Below are positions 18,077-24,000 of a DNA stretch of 24,000 nt, in pieces. The DNA is from Terriglobales bacterium (GTDB lineage Bacteria; Acidobacteriota; Terriglobia; Terriglobales; Acidobacteriaceae). Location of the stretch: assembly GCA_036376415.1 (NCBI GenBank), contig DASVAJ010000053.1, positions 65,846 through 89,845 of the forward strand, read 5' to 3'. The position numbers and the translations under genes were made by a program. The notes under the pieces are model-generated. The model was not told the DNA's origin and searched no databases. It saw only the letters and a list, made by a program, of their open reading frames with translations. Within the stretch, counting starts at the first letter, position 1, and the number at the start of each line of letters is the position of its first letter.

Positions 18077-19336
18077 TCATTCAGCCCGAAGCGCTTCGAT
18101 GGGTTCCAGGCGGGAGGCTTTCAGGGCCGGCCAGAAGCCGCTGACGATGCCCACGATGGTCAGAATCACCGTCGACGTGAGCATCACGTTCAACGACGCC
18201 CGCAGGAAAATGTCGCCTTCGTGATTGGCGGTCTTGTAGAACTCGCTGTAGAGCGGCAGCGGCGGAATCGCCACGGTGAGCAGCCAGGAAGCGAACATGC
18301 CCGCCAGCCCGCCAAGGAAGGTGAGCACCAGCGCTTCCACCAGGAATTGACTCAGGATGTTCCACTGGCGCGCGCCCAGCGCTTTCAGCAGGCCGATTTC
18401 GCGGGTACGCTCGGTAACGCTGACCAGCATGATGTTCATTACGCCCACGCCGCCCACGCCCAGGGTCAACATCCCAATGATTCCCATCATGACTTCCAGG
18501 CCGATGGAAAAGTACCGCAGGACCTTGCCCGTCTCGACCGTGTCCCATTCGGGCGTAGCTTTGGCGTCGCGCGGGTCGAATTGATGGCGTAATCCGATGA
18601 CGCGGCGGGCAGCGGCCAGCGCCTCGGTGTGCAGTTCCGCCGTGATCGGCTGAATGATAATCATGTCGGGATCACGACGGTTCTTCAGCAGGTTGTAGAG
18701 TTCGAAGGGAACGAAGGCCTGCTCGTTGTCAGGCCCCATGTACATGGAGTCCTGGATCTTGTTATTGAGCACGCCAATCACTTCCAGGCTCTGGCCTTTG
18801 ACCAGGACGGTCTGGCCGACGGCGGGGGCGCCTTGAAACGCCCGTTTCGCGGCGTTGTATCCCAGGACCACGACACGGCGGTGATTAACATAATCGCCTT
18901 GCTCGAAGTAGCGGCCGTCCTGCAGGTCGAGCAGTCGCCGCATGGATCCGTAAGGCAATTCGACGCCGCGAGTTGTCAGTGAGACCACCCGCGTTCCAAT
19001 CTTGTAGCCAAAATCGCTGCACGACTCCGCGCTGACCGCGCGCACGATGGGAACGCCGGAGCGGATGGCCTCCACGTCCGCATATTCGAAGTGCACGGAC
19101 CGCCCGGCACGTTGACCGCCGGCCTGCATGCTGGTCTGTCCTGGCCAGATGACGATGACATTGTTGCCCATGTTTCCGACCGCGCTGACGACGCTTTGAC
19201 CGAGTCCCCGCCCAAACGCGAGCAAGAGCACGACCGAGATGACGCCCCAGGTAATCCCCAGCATGGTGAGGGCGGAGCGCAGGCGGTTGCGCAGCAGGGC
19301 CGCCCAACTTTGCTGGACTAATTCCTTCAGACGCAT
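18077..19336 (-). CDS. MacB/FtsX-type ABC transporter permease (paralogue 2)
   Basis: The start at ATG 19336 lies 13 nt after the upstream stop, with GAGG in between: MRLKELVQQSWAALLRNRLRSALTMLGITWGV. The protein has TM1, a MacB-type periplasmic domain, and an FtsX 3-TM bundle (GVGVMNIMLVSVTERTREIGLLKALGA...). It ends PALKASRLEPIEALRAE. The 42 codons upstream in the track ORF overlap the preceding gene. Confidence 0.85.
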   Translation of the reverse strand: MRLKELVQQSWAALLRNRLRSALTMLGITWGVISVVLLLAFGRGLGQSVVSAVGNMGNNVIVIWPGQTSMQAGGQRAGRSVHFEYADVEAIRSGVPIVRAVSAESCSDFGYKIGTRVVSLTTRGVELPYGSMRRLLDLQDGRYFEQGDYVNHRRVVVLGYNAAKRAFQGAPAVGQTVLVKGQSLEVIGVLNNKIQDSMYMGPDNEQAFVPFELYNLLKNRRDPDMIIIQPITAELHTEALAAARRVIGLRHQFDPRDAKATPEWDTVETGKVLRYFSIGLEVMMGIIGMLTLGVGGVGVMNIMLVSVTERTREIGLLKALGARQWNILSQFLVEALVLTFLGGLAGMFASWLLTVAIPPLPLYSEFYKTANHEGDIFLRASLNVMLTSTVILTIVGIVSGFWPALKASRLEPIEALRAE

Positions 19337-19349
19337 GACGGACCTCGGT

Positions 19350-20618
19350 TCATTCGTAGTGCAGGCATTGCACGGGCTCCAACTCGGCGGCTCGCCGCGC
19401 CGGGTAGACGCCAGCGGCCACGGTGACGACAGAAAGCGTGAGCAGCGATGTAATGACCGCAACCGGAGAAATGATGGGGTGCGGAACGAAGTCGGGCAGC
19501 GGCAATGCGGACATGAGCACGCAAATCCCGACTCCCACGCAGTAGCCCAGCAGCCCGCTCAGCGCGGTGATCACCACCGATTCGGCAAAGAACTGATTCA
19601 GAATGTCACTCTTGGTCGCGCCCATGGCGCGCAGAATGCCGATCTCTCGCGTCCGTTCGGTGACCGCGACCAGCATGATGTTCATCACCCCAATGCCGCC
19701 GAGCGCGAGCGTGGTGACGGCAACGCAACCAAAGAAAATCGTGATCACGCCGAATATGCGCGCCAGCAATTTGGAGCCTTCCATCGTGTCCCAGATGAAA
19801 AGAGCGTCTTTATCGCTGGCTTCGAAATGGTTCATGCGGCCGAGAGTGCGGCGTACCTGCATAACCGCTTTTTCGTGAAATTCGGGATCGCCGACCTCCA
19901 TCACGATGTCGGAAAGATACCCCTTGACGACGGGTTCGCCTTTCGCGGGCGGCGGCGGGAAGTCGCGCGCCATCGCCGAGTAAGGCACATAGAGCATGTC
20001 GTTATCGGGCCCGCTGTAGTTGGAGTTCTGCTTTTTCTCCGCCAGTACGCCGATCACCGTATATGGGTAGCGGGCAATGATCAGCGTGGTACCAATGGCA
20101 GGTTGCCCGGGATAAAGCTGGCGAGCGGCATTCCACCCCAGAATGACGACACGGTTGGCGCTGTTTTCGTCCTCCTCGGTTATGAGCCGGCCCTGGGAAA
20201 GAACCAGCGAGCGGAAATCTTGAAAAGCCGGCCACACGCCGGAAATCTGGCGGGCTGCCGAATTATAGGGACTGACCTCAGGCACGGTGCGCTGCAGTTC
20301 CGGGCTGACCGCTTTTACCAGGTAGCACTCGTCGCGAATCAGGCGGGCATCGTCGATGGTGAGCGTAATCTTGCGCCCGGCGGCCAGGCCTCCCGCCTGC
20401 GCGCTGGTGCGGCCGCCCCACATGATCACCAGATCTTTGCCCAGCGTCTCCATGCGCTTTTTCTGGTCCTTGCTGAAGCCGAGGCCAAGGCCGACCAGGA
20501 TGATCACCGAGGCGATGCCCCACACGATTCCAAACATGGTGAGGAATGAGCGCAGCTTATGGCTTCGCAGGTTTGCCAGCGTGTATTTCGCGATTTCCCG
20601 CAGGTTCATATAAGCCAC
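19350..20618 (-). CDS. MacB/FtsX-type ABC transporter permease (paralogue 1)
   Basis: MAYMNLREIAKYTLANLRSHKLRSFLTMFGIVWGI... has the same architecture as the downstream gene. It carries GIGVMNIMLVAVTERTREIGILRAMGA and the end PARRAAELEPVQCLHYE. By eye the two proteins are roughly one-third identical. Confidence 0.85.
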   Translation of the reverse strand: MAYMNLREIAKYTLANLRSHKLRSFLTMFGIVWGIASVIILVGLGLGFSKDQKKRMETLGKDLVIMWGGRTSAQAGGLAAGRKITLTIDDARLIRDECYLVKAVSPELQRTVPEVSPYNSAARQISGVWPAFQDFRSLVLSQGRLITEEDENSANRVVILGWNAARQLYPGQPAIGTTLIIARYPYTVIGVLAEKKQNSNYSGPDNDMLYVPYSAMARDFPPPPAKGEPVVKGYLSDIVMEVGDPEFHEKAVMQVRRTLGRMNHFEASDKDALFIWDTMEGSKLLARIFGVITIFFGCVAVTTLALGGIGVMNIMLVAVTERTREIGILRAMGATKSDILNQFFAESVVITALSGLLGYCVGVGICVLMSALPLPDFVPHPIISPVAVITSLLTLSVVTVAAGVYPARRAAELEPVQCLHYE

Positions 20619-21021
20619 TGGTTAGACGAATGTCTCAGGAAAAGGTACGTAGGAACGCACTTGGCAGTTCCCCAGTATCTACGGTGAGGGCCGCACACGC
20701 TGTGACCGCAGTCACCGCCTAAAGTCGAAGCGTGCGAGCCTGGTTCACGATTACTCTAAAAATTGCCCTGAAGTAACATCGCTTAGGGTGTTCGTCTGAT
20801 TGGCAACCCATTTTCTCTCCCGTACTCTGGGCCTCAATTAAGGAATTCCACCGCGCCGGTTCGTCTGCTTCGCATTCGTTCGCGCAGCTAGCAAAAATGA
20901 ACTAGTAATCACGCGCAGCGTTCACGTTGTGGCTCGTGCTACGCGCGCTCCGCGCAACCGCCGGAGTGTGTGCAGCGAGCGGCGATGGCCCGCAGCGCCC
21001 AGCCTATCCAAGGAGTTTGCA

Positions 21022-21927
21022 GTGAAGCTGAAGTTTCTTTCGCTTATGATTCTGGCGCTCGCGGCGGCCGGTTGCGGCGGGGGACCCAGCGCTAATGTTG
21101 CACGCCAGGTGGTGCCTGGCAGGGTGGCCAATGCGCCCGCCGCCCACGTCTTTCTCATCGTAGAGGAAAACCGCAGCTATTCCACCGTCTATCACAACCA
21201 GATGCCATGGCTGAGCGCGCTGGGAGACAAGTACGGGGTCGCCACCAACTATTTTTCCGACGAGCAGGGCTCACTTCTCGACTACTTGTGGCTCTCGTCC
21301 GGCAGCGGTGAGCTGAGTTTTGGGTGTACCGGCAACGATTGCACCCAGACCATCACCGACGACAACATCTTCCGCCGGCTCATCAAGGCCGAAATTTCGT
21401 GGAAGCTGTACGCCGATAACTTACCCAGTGCGGGTTTCACCGGGCCTCTTGCCGGCAACTATGTCAAGCGCCACGACCCGGCGCTCTGGTACAGCGATGT
21501 CGTAAACGATCCCCAGCAATTGCAGAACGTAGTGCCGTTTACGGAATTTGCAAGCGATCTTGCGTCCAACAATCTGCCCACATACTCGATCATCGTTCCC
21601 GACCTGCAGCATGATGCTCACGATGGCTCGCCCGCCAAGGCTGACAAATGGCTGCAGCAGAACATTGGGCCGCTAGTGAACAGCTCGTATTTTGACCCTG
21701 GCAACCGCAACCACAGCGTGATGTTCATTACCTTCGACAACGGCGATGGCGACGCCCAGGGACAGGTGCTCACCGTGGTCGTGGGGCAAAAGGTGATTCC
21801 CGGAATCAAGGTGAATACGCCGTTCCGGCACGAGAACACGTTGCGTACGATTCTGGAACAACTCGGGGTTAAAGGCTATCCGGGCGCCAGCGCTAAAGCG
21901 CAACCGATGAACGAGTTTTTCAATTAA
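21022..21927 (+). CDS. Phosphoesterase-family lipoprotein (AcpA/PLC-like, PF04185-type)
   Basis: The in-frame GTG at 21022 is preceded by AAGGAG. It gives VKLKFLSLMILALAAAGCGG with a lipobox. This is followed by HVFLIVEENRSYSTVY, YVKRHDPALWY, PTYSIIVPDLQHDAHDG and MFITFDNGDG, all typical of the phosphoesterase family. The 31 codons upstream in the track ORF are rejected. Confidence 0.75.
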   Translation: MKLKFLSLMILALAAAGCGGGPSANVARQVVPGRVANAPAAHVFLIVEENRSYSTVYHNQMPWLSALGDKYGVATNYFSDEQGSLLDYLWLSSGSGELSFGCTGNDCTQTITDDNIFRRLIKAEISWKLYADNLPSAGFTGPLAGNYVKRHDPALWYSDVVNDPQQLQNVVPFTEFASDLASNNLPTYSIIVPDLQHDAHDGSPAKADKWLQQNIGPLVNSSYFDPGNRNHSVMFITFDNGDGDAQGQVLTVVVGQKVIPGIKVNTPFRHENTLRTILEQLGVKGYPGASAKAQPMNEFFN

Positions 21928-21954
21928 GAGCGCATGCGCCGTTAGAATACGGCT

Positions 21955-23250
21955 GTGCTGGCGCACAAGCTGACATTTTCGCCGGAGCAGGACGAGGGTT
22001 TCTTTCAGGAAGCCCCGGCCGCTCCGGCAGTGTTTTTGCTGCGGGCCGCATCCGGAACGGGTGTTCTGGGGGCGGAAGGCGAGCCCTACGTGAGCAAGAC
22101 GGCGAACCTGCGCCGACGGTTGCAGCGGCTGCTGGGCATTCCGGCTGAGCAAAGCAAGCGGCTCAATCTGCGCGACCGTGTACGCGAGATTGAGTACACG
22201 CCCACGGGTTCGGATTTTGAGTCGCAGTTCCTGCTGTATCGCCTGCTGCGCAGGACCTTTCCCAAATCCTACGCGGCGCGTCTGCGCTTGCGTCCGGCGC
22301 CCCTGATCAAGCTGCACCTGGAAAACGACTATCCACGTGCGTCAGTGACGACGCGGCTGGCAAAGACCGCATGGGGACCGCCACCCGCGGCTGTCCGGTC
22401 GAGCGAAGCTCGACTTGGTTTTTCCGGCAACAATTCAGGCCCGCCGCCTGGGGATGTTCAAGACCGCCCATCCCAGCCACCTGCCAATCGGTACTACGGT
22501 CCTTTCCCCTCGCGCACCGCGGCGGAAAAGTTCGCCACGGACGCCCTCGATTTTTTCAAGATGCGCCGCTGTGTTGACGACCTCCATCCCGACCCATCGT
22601 TCCCCGGTTGCGTCTATTCCGAGATGAAGATGTGCCTCGCGCCGTGCTTTAAGGGTTGTACGGACGCCGAGTATGGCGCGGAAGTCGCGCGTGTTCAGGA
22701 CTTTTTGGAGAGTGCCGGCGAATCTCTCACCCGGGAACTGGCGGAACAGCGCGAGCGCGCGTCTTCCCACCTCGCCTTCGAAGAGGCTGCCGCCATCCAT
22801 GGCAGAATCGAAAAACTCAGGCCCGTGCTCGCGCAACTGCCGGAGATCGTGCGACGCATCGATCATCTCGATGCGATTATCGTGCAGCCTGCCGCCGAGC
22901 CTGGGTCCGTCGCTTTATTCCGCTTTCGCGATGCCGCGCTTTCCGGGCCGCTCATGTTAAACCTTGAACTTCGGGCCGAGTCGCGGTCCATGGAGTCGCA
23001 AGTCGAAGAACTGATCGCCAGTTTCCCTCTCCCGGAGATCAAATCCGCGGTCGAGCGAACTGAGCATCTCGCCATCCTGAAGCGCTGGTACTACCGCGCA
23101 ACCCATGTCGGAGAAATCTTCTTTGTGGACAGGAATGGCGCATGGCCTTTGCGGCGAATTGTGCGGGGGATCGGTCGAGTCCATAAAGGCGAAAAGGTAC
23201 AGGAGCAGCCAATATTTTCTGCGACTCCGACTCACGAGACAACATCCTAA
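21955..23250 (+). CDS. UvrC-like protein: N-terminal half only (divergent GIY-YIG, Cys-cluster, UVR motif), no RNase H-like or HhH domains
   Basis: The start is GTG. By eye it aligns with UvrC in several blocks. PAVFLLRA...GEPYVSKTANLRRRLQRLL corresponds to the GIY...YIGKAxxLxxRxxSY block. EIEYTPTGSDFESQFLLYRLLRRTFPKSY corresponds to the E...LI..Y.P.YN block. YYGPF, FKMRRC...PGCVYSEMKMCLAPCFKGC (4 Cys) and LAFEEAAAIHGRIEKL (UVR) are also present. The ORF stops at 431 aa, before the position where the UvrC 3'-incision domain begins. Confidence 0.65.
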   Translation: MLAHKLTFSPEQDEGFFQEAPAAPAVFLLRAASGTGVLGAEGEPYVSKTANLRRRLQRLLGIPAEQSKRLNLRDRVREIEYTPTGSDFESQFLLYRLLRRTFPKSYAARLRLRPAPLIKLHLENDYPRASVTTRLAKTAWGPPPAAVRSSEARLGFSGNNSGPPPGDVQDRPSQPPANRYYGPFPSRTAAEKFATDALDFFKMRRCVDDLHPDPSFPGCVYSEMKMCLAPCFKGCTDAEYGAEVARVQDFLESAGESLTRELAEQRERASSHLAFEEAAAIHGRIEKLRPVLAQLPEIVRRIDHLDAIIVQPAAEPGSVALFRFRDAALSGPLMLNLELRAESRSMESQVEELIASFPLPEIKSAVERTEHLAILKRWYYRATHVGEIFFVDRNGAWPLRRIVRGIGRVHKGEKVQEQPIFSATPTHETTS

Positions 23251-23276
23251 CTTCAGTTCAGTAAGGCGAGCACGGC

Positions 23277-23756
23277 ATGAGCAACGAGCAATCCCTCCGC
23301 AAGCACCTGGTTGAACTTCTCGATGGCGGCCATGCCCACGCCAACTTTGAGGCAGTGGTGAAAGGCTTCCCCGCGAAACTTCGGGGAGAAATCCCGAAAG
23401 GCCTGCCCCATTCCGCCTGGATGCTGCTGGAACACATGCGCCTGGCGCAATGGGACATCCTCGACTTCAGCATCAATCCGAAATATAAAACCTTGAAGTG
23501 GCCGGATGACTACTGGCCCCAAAACCCAGCGCCTCCGAGCGCCGCCGCCTGGGACAAGAGTGTTGAATCATTCCGCGAAGATCTGCAGGCAATGAAGAAG
23601 CTGGTGCAGGATCCAAAGACAGATCTCTTTGCCAGGATCGCGTGGGGAGATGGCCAGACCATCCTGCGCGAGGCGCTGCTGGTTGCCGATCACAACGCGC
23701 ATCACCTGGGGCAATTGATCGACGTCAGAAGATTGCTGGGCGCGTGGCAGCCATAA
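23277..23756 (+). CDS. DinB_2 / DinB-superfamily four-helix-bundle protein
   Basis: 159 aa with the spaced His pattern of the DinB superfamily: HAHANFEAV..., PHSAWMLLEHMRLAQWDIL, VADHNAHHLGQLIDVRRLLG. It starts 26 nt after the UvrC-like gene. Confidence 0.8.
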   Translation: MSNEQSLRKHLVELLDGGHAHANFEAVVKGFPAKLRGEIPKGLPHSAWMLLEHMRLAQWDILDFSINPKYKTLKWPDDYWPQNPAPPSAAAWDKSVESFREDLQAMKKLVQDPKTDLFARIAWGDGQTILREALLVADHNAHHLGQLIDVRRLLGAWQP

Positions 23757-24000
23757 CTGGACTCGACTTGGAGTCGCTCCTTGCGAGGGCGTTTGCGGAA
23801 CACCACCCTGAGTTCTCTGCGCCAGCGCTCGTCGATCCCCAGGAGCGCCCATTCGATCTCGGGGGAAACATAGCGCAGCAGGGTGTCGGTGGCCGGGTGC
23901 ACATGCAGGGCCGGGGCCACCATCAGGAGCAGCGGCGGTTGTGGAGAAAGGTCCCGGCCGGCAAAATACCCGAATTTTTCAAATTCGCCGCGCTGGTGGT
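23702..24000 (-). CDS. Hypothetical protein, C-terminal fragment (5' end outside the window)
   Basis: The minus frame is open from the window edge: HQRGEFEKFGYFAGRDLSPQPPLLLMVAPALHVHPATDTLLRYVSPEIEWALLGIDERWRRELRVVFRKRP...*. No family was recognised. Its last 55 nt overlap the 3' end of the DinB_2 gene, so the tail may be non-functional read-through or the call may be wrong. Confidence 0.35.
   Translation of the reverse strand, partial: HQRGEFEKFGYFAGRDLSPQPPLLLMVAPALHVHPATDTLLRYVSPEIEWALLGIDERWRRELRVVFRKRPRKERLQVESSYGCHAPSNLLTSINCPR

Noticed and set aside
18056-18592. 178-aa plus-strand ORF, and similar ORFs at 11055..11564(-), 12365..12988(-), 15352..15900(-), 21673..22317(-), 8765..9445(+), 10520..11092(-) and 13230..13769(-)
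   Set aside because: All are antisense or out-of-frame overlaps of genes with strong protein-family evidence. None has a plausible RBS or domain signature.
19239-20549. 436-aa plus-strand ORF, the longest ORF not assigned to a gene
   Set aside because: It is fully antisense to the MacB-type permease gene, whose translation has clear family motifs. The antisense product is a low-complexity Arg/His/Asp/Gly sequence.
20929-21021. 31-codon N-terminal extension of the phosphoesterase ORF
   Set aside because: The extension is Arg-rich with no signal peptide. The internal GTG at 21022 has an AAGGAG SD and yields a textbook lipoprotein signal sequence.
22371-22627. Overlapping alternative plus frames (68 and 70 aa) inside the UvrC-like gene, considered as a possible frameshift or pseudogene
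   Set aside because: The UvrC-like similarity is in the same frame on both sides of the Pro-rich segment (GIY-YIG block before, YYGPF/Cys-cluster/UVR after). The segment is therefore an in-frame insertion, not a frameshift.

Overview
The window is about 60% GC and reads as ordinary chromosomal DNA. It is probably from an Acidobacteriota (Terriglobia-like) genome. That assignment is an inference from a TIGR03435 'soil-associated' paralogue, purine-rich intergenic repeat elements and overall composition. Nearly all of it is tightly packed housekeeping and envelope genes. On the minus strand: cdaA-cdaR (c-di-AMP synthesis), xseA, obg-nadD-rsfS-rlmH plus a small downstream ORF, a TIGR03435 secreted protein, and fabZ-lpxA. 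On the plus strand: a cNMP-binding/DUF1003 membrane protein, an M20 peptidase, kbl, a GH105/GH88-type hydrolase, an RND efflux pair (lipoprotein adaptor plus pump), a phosphoesterase lipoprotein, a truncated UvrC-like protein and a DinB_2-family protein. Two tandem MacB/FtsX-type permeases lie on the minus strand, convergent with the RND pump. I found no rRNA, tRNA, CRISPR array, transposase, integrase or phage genes. I do not see a convincing new multi-gene system. The observations most worth a second look are these. (1) A UvrC paralogue lacks the 3' nuclease/HhH half, carries substitutions in the GIY-YIG motif and a Pro-rich insertion, and is packed against a DinB_2 gene. (2) Two paralogous MacB-type permeases have no ATPase or adaptor nearby. 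(3) A family of about 40-nt composite repeats (TTAACCGCAAAG...CGCGAAG) sits as inverted pairs inside two conserved operons, and a related CACAGRG element lies directly 5' of xseA and obg. (4) A lower-GC TIGR03435 gene is wedged between lpxA and obg. All domain calls come from reading the translations by eye; no searches were run.
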